Assembly: GCA_002269645.1 (NCBI GenBank)
Contig: NIVC01002598.1
Span: 1-64,000 of the forward strand
DNA: 64,000 nt
Direction: 5' to 3'
Source of the DNA: Macrostomum lignano
Taxonomy: Eukaryota
Shown: positions 10,058 to 22,535 of the stretch, piece by piece
Layout of the letters: every line of letters begins with the position of its first letter
How positions within the stretch are numbered: the stretch's first letter is position 1
Notes under the pieces: generated by a model
Told to the model about the DNA's origin: nothing
Database searches by the model: none
The model's input: the letters and a program-made list of their open reading frames with translations, nothing else
Program-made: the position numbers and the translations under genes

Positions 10058-10776
10058 ATGAATCAAATCAAATGTCTTCCATGCTTTCAGTTGTCTCCAA
10101 TGCTTTCAACATCTGTGCCAGCAACTCATGCCAGTCTGCAGCAGCGCTCGCAGCAGCTGCAGCAGGAGAAGCAGCGCCTGATGCAGATGCTTGATGAGCG
10201 ACTCACTGGTCTGTTAGACATCCTTGGCAACGACTCTGACAGCCAATCCCACCCAGTGCAGCAGCCGTCTCCATCGTCAGACGATTCGCCAAAGCAGTCA
10301 GCGGCAGCAGAAGCCAGCAAGGCTCGGCAGGATCTGCCAGAGAAAGAGTTCCGCCAGCGTTGCAGTCTGCTCACCGAATTATTCGAACTGTCCCATTTTC
10401 GCACCCTTCAAAACGTATTTATTGCCTTGATGTCGCTCTACGGTTTGAGCACTCTGATCTGCGACACCATGGACGGCAAGTCCCTTGTTGACACCCTGTC
10501 GCTGCCGTTGCTGCGCTGGGCGTTCGGCCGTCTGCCCGATGCCATCGCAATCTGGATGGCGATGCACGCGGCGGTGCTGCTGGCAGCCTACCCAGCCTAC
10601 CATCACTATGCCGCCGCGCCACCTGCCTCCAGGCGCTGGCGACTCGCCTGGTTGGCTTCGTACATCGCTTTTCAGGTGGGTCGTTTGTGTCAAATCCATG
10701 AAGTTAGTTAGTTAGTTAGTTAGTTAGTTAGGCAGTTAGTTAGCTAGCTAGCTAGCTAGTTAGTTAGTTAGTTAGT

Positions 10777-10820
<44 letters not shown>

Positions 10821-10851
10821 CCAGTTAGTTAGTTAGTTAGTTAGTTAGTTG

Positions 10852-10929
<78 letters not shown>

Positions 10930-10958
10930 CAGTTAGTTAGTTAGTTAGTCAGTTAGCC

Positions 10959-10989
<31 letters not shown>

Positions 10990-10994
10990 CAGTC

Positions 10995-11026
<32 letters not shown>

Positions 11027-11027
11027 G

Positions 11028-11072
<45 letters not shown>

Positions 11073-11073
11073 G

Positions 11074-11108
<35 letters not shown>

Positions 11109-11123
11109 GTAGTTAGTTAGTTG

Positions 11124-11196
<73 letters not shown>

Positions 11197-11197
11197 G

Positions 11198-11229
<32 letters not shown>

Positions 11230-11230
11230 C

Positions 11231-11264
<34 letters not shown>

Positions 11265-11303
11265 CTAGTTAGTTAGTCAGTTAGTTAGTTAGTTAGTTAG
11301 TTG

Positions 11304-11345
<42 letters not shown>

Positions 11346-11346
11346 C

Positions 11347-11385
<39 letters not shown>

Positions 11386-11442
11386 CAGTCAGTTAGTTAG
11401 TTAGTTAGTCAGTTAGCCAGTTAGTTAGTTAGTTAGTTAGTC

Positions 11443-11474
<32 letters not shown>

Positions 11475-11497
11475 GGTTAGTTAGTTGGTTAGTTAGT

Positions 11498-11548
<51 letters not shown>

Positions 11549-11549
11549 G

Positions 11550-11580
<31 letters not shown>

Positions 11581-11629
11581 GTAGGTAGTTAGTTAGTTGG
11601 TTAGTTAGTTAGTTAGTTAGTTAGTTAGG

Positions 11630-11681
<52 letters not shown>

Positions 11682-11682
11682 C

Positions 11683-11732
<50 letters not shown>

Positions 11733-11778
11733 CTGATTAGTTAGTTAGTTAGTTAGTCAGTTAGTTAGTTAGTTAGTC

Positions 11779-11836
<58 letters not shown>

Positions 11837-11849
11837 GTAGTTAGTTAGG

Positions 11850-11880
<31 letters not shown>

Positions 11881-11885
11881 CTAGC

Positions 11886-11917
<32 letters not shown>

Positions 11918-11968
11918 AGTTAGTTAGTTAGGTAGTTAGTTAGTTAGTTAGTTAGTTAGCTAGCTAGC

Positions 11969-12007
<39 letters not shown>

Positions 12008-12011
12008 CTGA

Positions 12012-12048
<37 letters not shown>

Positions 12049-12049
12049 C

Positions 12050-12087
<38 letters not shown>

Positions 12088-12092
12088 CTAGC

Positions 12093-12124
<32 letters not shown>

Positions 12125-12175
12125 AGTTAGTTAGTTAGGTAGTTAGTTAGTTAGTTAGTTAGTTAGCTAGCTAGC

Positions 12176-12214
<39 letters not shown>

Positions 12215-12218
12215 CTGA

Positions 12219-12255
<37 letters not shown>

Positions 12256-12256
12256 C

Positions 12257-12353
<97 letters not shown>

Positions 12354-14714
12354 ATGTAACCTGTCCATACTTTTACTGCTGAGCAGCTCCGCTCCCAAAC
12401 GATCTCGTAATAATCAAGTTTTCTTGCAACCAAACCGATGTGCTTTTGTTAATATATTATTGTAAATATTATAACATATATTATTATTCTATTACAAACC
12501 TGAGCGTGGCACCGGTTTTGTTTTCGTCGTTGTAAGTGACCTTTAAAATGCTAGTTGCGCTACTGTGGGCAGTAGCGTATTCAGAAAATGCGCAATTAAA
12601 GCTTTTGGGAAAGTGCTTTGACGATACAAGCAAACTCTGCAATACTTTATTGTGAACTCTCCCACACTTGCAAAAAATTGCAGCTTGGCTTCCTCGTGCT
12701 GCCGCTGCGCTCCCTGCTCGCCGTCCAGCTGCCTCCGGCCTCCGCCATCATTGTGCTCACCGAACAGAGTCGCCTAATGATGAAGCTGCACGCGTTCGTG
12801 TGGGAGAGCGCCAGCCGGGGCGGACCATGTCCGAGCTTTGGTCGCTTTCTCTACTTCCTGTTCGCGCCCACGCTGGTGTACAGGGATGCTTATCCGCAGG
12901 ACAGGCCAACCAGGTGAGATGGCTGTTTAAGATGCTGTGTACAGGATTCCGCAGCCAGCAGGAAGTTAACGCAAACCCCTATCAGGAAAATAAAAATCAT
13001 AGTATGTCCTAGACAATGCATGACTCTAACAGCCCGGCGCGGTCGTCAACTGCTGTTTTAATACACAAAAACATTTCTCTTCAGCTTCTGTCCAACAAAT
13101 AATTATCCTGATGTTTTTGGTGACCAGTCGTATTAACGACTCAGCAACTGTTGAAAAGGCTTTGATAATTCGTCAATAGTGCGACGTGACCATTCAATGG
13201 CTGCTTCTATCTCTTCGTCATCCATGGTGATGCCTTGCAATGTCCTAAGCCGCTGAAGGACTTATTTCAAACGTATGCTATGCTCTTCTAATGTCCTTCC
13301 CATCACAATGATATCATCGAGATAACGAGCCAGCTTCCCCTGTCAATCATTGCAGTACACTGTGCATTACATACTGGAAGGTCTTGAAGCAATGAAGAAA
13401 ATTGTGACGCTTTTTTCGGTCGACTCAAGACCATTTCAAACGAATGTTCTAACGAAATCAACAAAACAATCTGTTTCAAGGAGAGGATTTTGATGGATTT
13501 CCGTTTAACGGAGAGGATTTTTATGGATACCTCTATTTCACGGAGAGGATTTAAAAAATATCTGTTTCACGAGGAGTCTAATATGGAGGAATTAGAATAA
13601 GTCTAATAGGAGTCTAATATGGGCCAGCTAACAAAGGTCTCATTATCATCAATTTGAATAGAATTCTTAATAAATGCCTACTGTTGGGCTTCTATCACAT
13701 TTATCCCATGTTTATGCCTATCCCGTCCAGGTGGCGCTACGTTGCCTCTAACCTGGGCCAGGTGGCCGGCTGCGCCCTGTTCGCCCACCTGCTGCTGGTC
13801 CGCTACTGCCTGCCTGTGTTCTCACACTGGCGCCGGCCCAGCCTCGCACACTTCATCCACACAGTGTTCCAGTCTGCTTTGCCGGGCGGCCTAGTCCTGC
13901 TACTAGCCTTCTTCGCCGTGCTGCACTCCTGGTTGAATGCGTTCGCCGAGATGTTGCGCTTCGGCGATCGGCAGTTCTATCGCGACTGGTGGAATGTCAC
14001 CTCGTTTCGCAGCTGGTACAGGTGAGACAGCTGTTTGGCGGGTGTCAGTTATATCTCAGGTGAGACAGCTGTTTGGCGGGTGTCAGTTATATCTCAGGTG
14101 AGACAGCTGTTTGGCGGGGGTCAGTTATATCTCAGGTGAGACAGCTGTTTGGCGGGTGTCAGTTATATCTCAGGTGAGACAGCTGTTTGGCGGGTGTCAG
14201 TTATATCTCAGGTGAGACAGCTGTTTGGCGGGTGTCAGTCAGTCTCAGGTGTCAGGTGCTAGTACGAGCAGCTACTATCGCAACTATGAAGGCCAACTCT
14301 ATGGCCCAACCCCCCCCCCGCAGAACCTGGAACACAGTAGTGCATGATTGGCTGTACGCCTACGTGTACAGAGAGCTGTGCCTCCGCTTCGGCAAGCGGT
14401 CCAGTTCCCTAGCAACCGGCTGCGTGTTCCTGCTCTCCTCCCTATTCCATGAGTACATTTTGGCATTCAGCTTGGGCTTCTTCTTTCCGGCTCTGTTTGT
14501 CTTCTTCTGCGGCGCCGGGTTCGGTTTGATGTTCGCCAACGGGCGCTCCCGGTTCTGGTCCGTGTTCGTGTGGGCCAGCCTGTTCCTTGGCATGGGCGCT
14601 CTCATGTGCCTGTACAGCATGGAGTGGTTCGCCAGAAGGAACTGCCCCACAGCTTATCCTGGTCGGCCCGTTCTGGACTTCCTGGTGCCGCGATCGTTCA
14701 CGTGTCCCATGTGA
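10058..14714 (+). CDS. SOAT: Sterol O-acyltransferase (ACAT/SOAT, MBOAT family), about 509 aa
   Basis: Phase-consistent GT-AG exons 10058-10675, 12684-12913, 13731-14021, 14324-14714. Motifs FLFAPTLVYRD, FYRDWWN, RTWNTVVHDWLY and catalytic HEY. Exact start uncertain (10058 vs 10100, or an upstream exon). Confidence 0.93.
10703..12353. repeat. (GTTA)n tetranucleotide microsatellite, about 1.65 kb, in SOAT intron 1
   Basis: Direct reading; occasional GTCA/GCTA/GGTA variants. Confidence 0.99.
13110..13450 (-). pseudogene. Decayed gypsy RT fragment in SOAT intron 2
   Basis: Minus strand reads LARYLDDIIVMGRTLEEHSIRLK*VLQRLR around 13240-13340. Confidence 0.65.
14019..14246 (+). repeat. 38-bp tandem repeat (about 6 copies); each unit contains CAG|GTGAG, the SOAT exon 3 donor
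   Basis: Unit caggtgagacagctgtttggcgggtgtcagttatatct starting at 14019, 14057, 14095 and onward. Confidence 0.95.
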
Positions 14715-14779
14715 CAGGGCTGCTCTGCGTGACTTTGATCCCAAATGTGTAGTTTGAAATCCCAAATCAGTAGCTTGAA

Positions 14780-15240
14780 ATCCTTAATCTATAGAAATCC
14801 CCAATCAGTAGAAATCCCCAATCAGTAGAAATCCCCAATCAGTAGAAATCCCAAATCAGTAGAAATCCCAAATCAGTAGAAACCCCAAATCAGTAGAAAC
14901 CCCAAATCAGTAGAAATCCCAAATCAGTAGAAACCCCAAATCAGTAGAAATCCCAAATCAGTAGAAATCCCCAATCAGTAGAAATCCCCAACAATCAGAA
15001 ATCCCCAATCGTTAGAAATCCCCAACAACTAGAAGTCCACAATCAGTAGAAATCCTCAATCAGTAGAAATCCCCAACTACCAGAAATTTCCAATCATTAG
15101 AAATCTCCAACAACCAGAAATCCCCAACAACTAGAAATCCACAATCAGTAGAAATCCCCAATCAGTAGAAATACTCAATCAGTAGAAATTCCTAACAACT
15201 AGTCTAGAAATCCACAATCATTAGAAATCCCCAATCAGTA
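14780..15240. repeat. Minisatellite (about 16 bp, aatcagtagaaatccc) just 3' of the SOAT stop
   Basis: Direct reading. Confidence 0.92.
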
Positions 15241-15973
15241 AAAAATGCCAATAATTGGAAATCGCAAATCTGTGAATTGAAGAATCGCATTATTATATCT
15301 AATTATTTGCTACCGATTTACTTATTCAAGTACTATTTTATAGCTAATTAATTGCGTTATTTTTCTTAAACTAGATAATTATATACCAATGTGCTTATTT
15401 GTCTACTCTTAAAGTAGCTGGCAGTAGTAGATAGTATTCGTTTCTGTTGGCTCTTGCCATGAGTTTTTGTATTGTCTACATGTCGGTATTGTGTTGTAAT
15501 TATTCGTATAGTCCCTCTGTGCGAACTTATCACGCAATCAGAAGTATTTTATTGATTTACTTTGTACTCAATAATTCAATATTTTATTGTCATTTCTTAA
15601 CACTTCTTCAATTCCAAAAATGACATATCTACCGCTATACTATTGATAAGAATAACTTGAAGTCACTCGCAACAATGTGGTTATCTACATTTTTTCAGTA
15701 GTAAAATTAGCGTTTTTTTGCCTTTTAGGCTCAACAATTGCCTTGGCTTTCTACAAGCAGACCCATTAAAGTTGCATCTTCATCTCGTTTTACCGACTTT
15801 TCAGACTGCCTCAGACTCGAAATTATTCAGAAAAAATTGAAGGAAAACTTCAAAACCCTAAATCCAGTGCGTGTGCGTAGCGATCAAGAGAAAAGGGGTG
15901 GCGCCCCAGCCCTAAGCCAGGCCGATAAACAGTTTGGCTTTATTCCCCTTGCCCGCTTATGTCTAACTTTAAC

Positions 15974-16190
15974 CTCTCTCCCTACTGCTCTCTCATTGGC
16001 TGAGCAAGATTGGGCCTGCCCCTAGACTGAGTTTCGTCCGCCTAACTTTGACCTCTCTCCCTACTGCTCTCTCATTGGCTGAGCAAGATTGGGCCTGCCC
16101 CTAGACTGAGTTTCGTCCGCCTAACTTTGACCTCTCTCCCTACTGCTCTCTCATTGGCTGAGCTAGATTGGGCATTGAGTTTCGTCCGTC
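15974..16190. repeat. 79-bp tandem repeat, about 2.7 copies
   Basis: ctctctccctactgctctctcattggctgagc.. at 15974, 16053, 16132. Confidence 0.9.
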
Positions 16191-17008
16191 TTGCGTTGTG
16201 TACATCACAACGTCATCACATTCACTTGTGTACATCAAGTTAAATGCTTGTTCATTCTTAACCCCTTATGCTCATGAGGCCGCAAACTCCGATCCAAGTA
16301 AAAGGAAAGTAAATTTTAGCTGCCACATTAAATTTAAGTGACACAGTGTAGAAAAACTACTGAATAAAGAGTAGATACAACTTTTTCAACCTTTCATTGC
16401 GAGTAGCATCTCTAGTTACTCTGTCTGTGACGTGGACTGTATTATACTATACAATAAAGCGACATTAGTAATGCTAATTGTGTTTGCAAATTTTATTATG
16501 TTAATTCTTTAAACTTTTGAATTGCCTTTTTTCTTTTAAAACTTTTACAAGAAGTTTTGCTAAGCCTCTTTATTTCGAATACTAAATAATTTATGATTAT
16601 TAAGATTAATCGTATTATACTATACGGTTTTTTCTTTTTCTAGGTAAGGGAGACTTAATAACAATTTAATTTGTTCTAAGCGTAAAGCTCAATTAGCCCT
16701 TATTGTCAGGAGTAAACTGTACAATTGTACTCATTAACCCTGCTGAAGCAAAAAATAGCAACAAAAAATTAAAGCCAAAAAGACAGCCAGCCTTCTTTGA
16801 GTTGACAATTCACGGCCAGCTGTATATTTCTAGCGCGCATATTTAGTCTGTATATTTAGTTAGATAGATGAAGCTGCTGCACTGGTCCGTTGAAATTCAG
16901 ACAGTCTTTGTCGAGCTTCCAGGCAACAGGAATGAGCCGTGGGAAAGGTCAGTTAAAGGTCACTTGAAGCCTTGGGGGGGACTTAGATTCGGTCTCTGTG
17001 TTTTCACC

Positions 17009-17506
17009 TTATTTGCCCCAGCCAGGGGCGGGAGCACGCTTACCCCATCCGGGAGCGCGCTTACCCCATCCGGGAGCGCGCTTACCCCATCCGGGAGCGC
17101 GCTTACCCCATCCGGGAGCGCGCTTACCCCATCCGGGAGCGCGCTTACCCCATCCGAGAGCGCGCTTACCCCATCCGGGAGCGCGCTTACCCCATCCGGG
17201 AGCGCGCTTACCCCATCCGGGAGCGCGCTTACCCCATCCGGGAGCGCGCTTACCCCATCCGGGAGCGCGCTTACCCCATCCGGGAGCGCGCTTACCCCAT
17301 CCGGGAGCGCGCTTATCCCAGTAGGCAGCATCGCTATCATCCTCAACGGCATCATCTTCGTCCATCGACTTGTCGGCTATCATGGATTCCAAGTCGTCGT
17401 CGAGTTTGCGTTCTCGATCTGGGTTCTCGGCGCCAGCAGCTGCAACAATGACAGCGACCGAGACAATCAGCAATAGCAGCAATCGACTGGTTGCAAAGGC
17501 CGTCAT
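17009..17506 (-). CDS. APGWamide neuropeptide precursor (165 aa)
   Basis: Signal peptide MTAFATSRLLLLLIVSVAVIVAAAGA, acidic spacer, 12x APGWGKR, 1x ALGWGKR and terminal APAPGWGK. Likely 5'-UTR intron 17551-17626. Confidence 0.95.
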   Translation of the reverse strand: MTAFATSRLLLLLIVSVAVIVAAAGAENPDRERKLDDDLESMIADKSMDEDDAVEDDSDAAYWDKRAPGWGKRAPGWGKRAPGWGKRAPGWGKRAPGWGKRAPGWGKRAPGWGKRALGWGKRAPGWGKRAPGWGKRAPGWGKRAPGWGKRAPGWGKRAPAPGWGK

Positions 17507-19525
17507 TGTCTGAAGCACAACTCTTCCTTTACTTGTGCTTGTATTGTTTGCTGCAACAAGGTATAAAAACAAACTTTTACTATTTCAGTCGCAGCAAGAA
17601 TAAGTTTTCTCAAAATAGACTCTCACCTTTCCTTATTTACTTGCGGCAGAGCAGATTCGGGTTGCTTAGAGTTCTTGGCCGCTGTTCACTAAATGCCGGG
17701 GCTTTCAAGTCTGCAGTGTAGCGTGGGGAGAACAGTTGGCGAAATGCTCCAGCTTATTTATACTGGAAAGAGGGAGAGTTTCTTTGGAACTCAGCGTCGG
17801 AACTCGGATTCATCTGTTTCGAACCAGACTGTGTGTCGCCTGTCAGAGCGGCTTGGCTTTAATCTTCATCTCGTTCCTGTTCTGTCAGCGGGGGTCCTTA
17901 CTCTTGGGATTTTGCGCGCCTTGCTTATCCTCTTATAGTCACTTTAAGATTCCTGCAGCCAATTCTGAAACATTTTCCGAGATTAAAAACGCCAAAAAGC
18001 AGATTAAGGATTAACAAACATGACTTTATGGGGAGTTTATTTAGTCATGATTAAACTCCCAACTCAAATTTGGCTGACAAATACCTGCCAAGGTTGTCGG
18101 ATCAGTTTGACGTGCTGACCTCACCTACCGGCTAAGCCAGTGTCGCATGGAGCATGGAGCTGATGAATGTCTCTTCTTTTTTGGGCGCTAGTTCTTATCT
18201 AATCAAAGCATTGGCAAACTTGTCTCCTAAATTTAATGTTGGATTCATCCATGGCTGCCGCGCGTTTTAACACCGGATAGTTCTGTCTACGGATTTGAGT
18301 GCAGGACGTCTGTTCCTGCATCGCACAGCTTCCTTCACCCCGTTTAGGCGCAACTGCAAAACTCCGATACTATCGGCGATTCCTTTTGGATAATCGGAAC
18401 ACTTTTTTGGCAGTATTGAACATCGGTAAACTTTCGATAAAATTTTTCATTTTTTTACCGATGAGTCAGATAATGCGTTGAATTAAAAAGTTAACGGACG
18501 CTTTGTACGCGGTAAAAAGTTATTATGAAACAAGAAGGCATATTATTAAAATATTGGTACCGTTATTACTGCCAGTGTCATTGACTCATTAAATTATCAT
18601 TACAAAAACCCTATGTATTTATCAATTATCATATTTCATGCTACAAGCTCTGCAACACTGTCAGTCCCTAATTGTAGATTGATTCTAAATGTTTTTTATT
18701 CATACGAGAAAATTCTTTGAGTCTTTGAGCATGAGCATTTGCTTCAACTTGAGAATATTCTCCGAGTGCGAGAAAATCCTCAGCCACTTTAAACCATAGA
18801 CAAGACGTCTTCCCACTTGATTCCATTGACCTTTGCGGGCATCTGAAGCTTATACACCAATTATAGACTGGCTTGTGAGAAGGGAAACAGAAAGAGAAAG
18901 AAAAAGCAAGGCATTTCTAACAAGAGAAAAAATGGAAACGCAGTGACTTTTACCTTTTTTACTTTTACTTAGCTTTACTGACTGAGACTTTTACTGGCTT
19001 TTACGAGCTACCTCACTTTTTCTTGAGCAAATCTAGCTTCGCAATTTAGTTTATGGTGCGGTTTTTATTCATACTAGCAGAAGTAAATGCTCAGACGTTG
19101 AGAATATTCAACGTCTCATGAACGAATGCTCATGAGCTCTTGCTCACTTTATTCATGCAGACCAGAGTCGATGCTTGAGCTTGAGCAACTGCTCACTTTA
19201 TTCATACGGCCTATTGTCTCTGCAAAATGCTTATTATCAGTTACTTTTATTCACAAAATCTTTCACTCTGGAGTGCTGGTGTGCAAAAGCGCCCCGCCCC
19301 TTTGATTAGCGCCCCCTTGACCCACTTGATTCTGACTTTGTCTTCTGTCTTCTGACTTTGCCATAGACATTTTCAGCGGGCCGTGAAACTGACTGAATAC
19401 ATTGGAGTAAGTGGGATTTTACCATAGACAGTCTCAGCGGGCCGTGCTACGCGCCTCGGCATTATAGCTCGTTTCTGCCCTCTGCAGCCCATCAACATTG
19501 GTATACGGTACCTTCTAGCCATTTT

Positions 19526-19696
19526 GGTTTGGGCCATAGACTACTTTGACTAGGCAAAGCCACGGGTTCCGTGTCAACTTTTGAAAGCCCCAATAGGAAA
19601 ATTGACTGCAAAACGCGTTAATCTACACATATGAAGGTTCAAGCTTGATTCATAGGCTCTTTCTTTACCAGTGAAATGGCTGTCTATGGCCAAACC
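19526..19696. mobile_element. Putative MITE, about 170 bp, with TIR ggttt(g)ggccatagac
   Basis: ggtttgggccatagac (19526-19541) vs gtctatggccaaacc (19682-19696); no clear TSD. Confidence 0.5.
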
Positions 19697-20951
19697 TCGC
19701 TAAGAAAGGAAGCCTGAGAACTCGAATGAGGTCAATTAACCAATTCATAGGCCTGAAAACGAGGCCAGTAAACTTTGCTTTGTTTAAACAAATTCGATAG
19801 GTAACAAACTCAGTAACGGAAATCGGCGAATCATATTACATTGTCCATTCGGTTAATTGTACATAAGGTAACCCGAAGGTCACTCCGTTAACACCGTCTC
19901 ACCGTTGACCGTCATACTCTTCTTCTTAGCGGGGACACTGATCTTCTCAGACTCGGGATTCAATGTAGGCTCAATGGATGCCACGGGTCCAGGCTCAATG
20001 GACTGCGCCCATCCATACCCCCACTTATGTGGGGCTTCCGATATCAAGGACGACTCAGGTAGAAGGACGGGAAACCTCGTTTCTTGGAAACTTTAGGAGC
20101 CAGGTTTTCCGAAAGAATACACTACGGAGATAGGAAATTTTCATTTTTCAGCACAAAAATTGTTATTGCTTTCGATGGGAGGCGGATCCAGTGTTCATCT
20201 TTTGATATCTTGTGCCGTTCTTACAGCTCTATTCATATTCATAAATTTTTTTGTTCAGAAAATTAGGATTCCATGTTAATTATTTATTCTACGTACATTC
20301 CCTGCGCCTAAAAACCATTAAAATGGCACGGCTCGGTTCATTGGTTTTTATGTATTTTCTCGTATTTTATCATTCTTAGCTGACTGTGTAACAATATGTG
20401 TAACAGAGATCATAAAATAGATTCATAAAACCAATGAGCCCAGCTGTGCCATGCATTTGAAAAGCTAATCGAATTGGGGTATCGGAATATCGCATTCAAC
20501 CGATACTTTCATGTATCGCGTCTAACATTTATTTCTGTTTCAGAGAATTGAAGCCCAATTGTTTTGTCAATGTGGATATTAAAATTTAACCACATTCAAA
20601 GTTCCAAAGCTACGTCTACTGACAATATTTTTTGCTAGTAATTATGTTTAACAGTATAAACTCTCAGCTCAGCTAAAAGCAGTAGTAAATAGTAGTTATT
20701 CTCATAAGAAACAACGCAATCTTAAAGATTCCTCATAAAAGATGGTTGACATTCGGTTATTTTAAGAAACAATAAATAGTCATGCCCCAGGTCTCATTGC
20801 GCCGACCTGCGGAGACCTGATGCGGGCTAGGCGTCGAAAGTTATTAGGGGGTCCAACTGAGTGCAAATTAAACTGTCTAGTTTATTTGTTTAACACGACA
20901 CATCTGTCATTTCTAATGCTGGTTCACGGTAGCGCAGATATTGCGTCTCTC

Positions 20952-21659
20952 TCAGGCGTTGTCAAACTCGACGCCCGCTCGGTCTTCGGAGGCGGTCGGT
21001 TCCGCAAAAATGGGACGAATCTCCCATTGGGAATAGCCGGCGTAGTCTGCGGCCGATTCGCCGCCGTACCGCCGCTTGCCCCAGCCGATGGAACGGTGCG
21101 GCCGCTGCCGATGATGAAGCCGCTCGAGATGCTGGGCGACGGACCGGATAGTCACCGGAGTGCCTGAAGTTCAGAGAAGCTCAGAGGTTGGCCCGTTCGA
21201 CTCACAGCGCGTTGTGCCTGCCTGCAGTCAAAGTGCCCCCCCCCCCGAGTTCCAATTCGTGCTCAGCTACATTGATTTGGAGCTCGTGCATGAAAACTCT
21301 CATTTAAATAAAGACCAATCGACAAGGCACAGAGAGTGAAATACGCGGGGGGCTACTGTGCTAGTCCATATACTAAAATACACAGGGGGCTACTGTGCTA
21401 GTCCATATACTAAAATACACAGAGGGCTACTGTGCTAGTTCATATACTAAAATACACAGGGGGGCTATACAGGCTTGACGATGAAGTAGTCAGGGCGGCT
21501 GTACACCCTGTGTGAGCGTGTGCATGTGTGTTTTTCCATGTGCATGCTCCCTGTGGTAAATTTTTTTATTCAACCTGAAGAATACTCACCTTCGCAGTCG
21601 GCGGCCAAAGCCAGGACCGCTGCCGCCAGCAGCAGCAGGAGGAGACTGATCTTCGACAT
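20952..21659 (-). CDS. Second neuropeptide precursor (93 aa) yielding a ..SIGW-amide peptide
   Basis: Exons 21659-21590 (MSKISLLLLLLAAAVLALAADCE, signal peptide) and 21163-20952 join in phase 1; HRQRPHRSIGW-G-KRR amidation/cleavage site. Confidence 0.8.
21340..21468. repeat. About 37-bp tandem repeat in the neuropeptide intron
   Basis: aaaatacacagggggctactgtgctagtccatatact, about 3.5 copies. Confidence 0.85.
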
Positions 21660-22302
21660 CGTTCCGGTCACTCAGAGAAGCTTTCAGGAGCGGTTACGGA
21701 CTGTAGAAGGAGGTCGAACACCTTCGATATTTCTGATAAGCTCTGGCGCGAACCGATTACGACCCGAGTTTTATATCCCAATTTATCCCCGACACGAGAC
21801 CGGAAATTGGGATGATGAGGCGCGGCAAGTTGCAGCGCCCCTGTGCGGGTCCAGGATCTGGTTCATCATCCTGGAGTAAACTAACTGGGAGATAAGCGCA
21901 TCGCTCTCACCTTATCCCCGGCTCCCTGCGCGTCTCAGTCGGGCACGCGAAAAACCTGGCAGTGTAAAAACAGCTACATCAATTACCTGCTCAGCTCTCA
22001 CTTTCTGAAACAATTTCTAGCTTGAAGTAATTTTTCATCGGCTAGTAGCGGAGTTCGCTTTTCCGGTTGCCGAGGAGGGGCGTAATGTCTATTTGTTGTC
22101 ATTAAGGCTGTAATTTACCAATATGCTACATGCAGTGTTAACTGATGGAACAGGAGCCTTTTCAATTTCATGGTGTTGTGCCGGTCTCAGTGTAGCTGTT
22201 CACGATCCAGCTCATTAAATTGTTGCAGAAACTCCCATTATTTAGAGTTTCCAACGCGCAGGACATCAATGGGACATTGACTTGGATTTGTTGACACTGT
22301 AA

Positions 22303-22535
<233 letters not shown>

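Noticed and set aside
10703-12353. Possible interstitial telomere
   Set aside because: Unit is TTAG, not TTAGGG or TTAGG, and it is intronic
14019-14246. CRISPR-like appearance of the 29-38-bp repeats here and elsewhere
   Set aside because: Units are head-to-tail with no unique spacers, there are no cas genes, and the context is eukaryotic introns
16868-17476. Alternative-frame ORFs (TPSGSAL, PDGVSAL, HPGARL repeats)
   Set aside because: Shadows of the 21-bp APGWamide repeat; only the minus frame has a signal peptide and GKR sites
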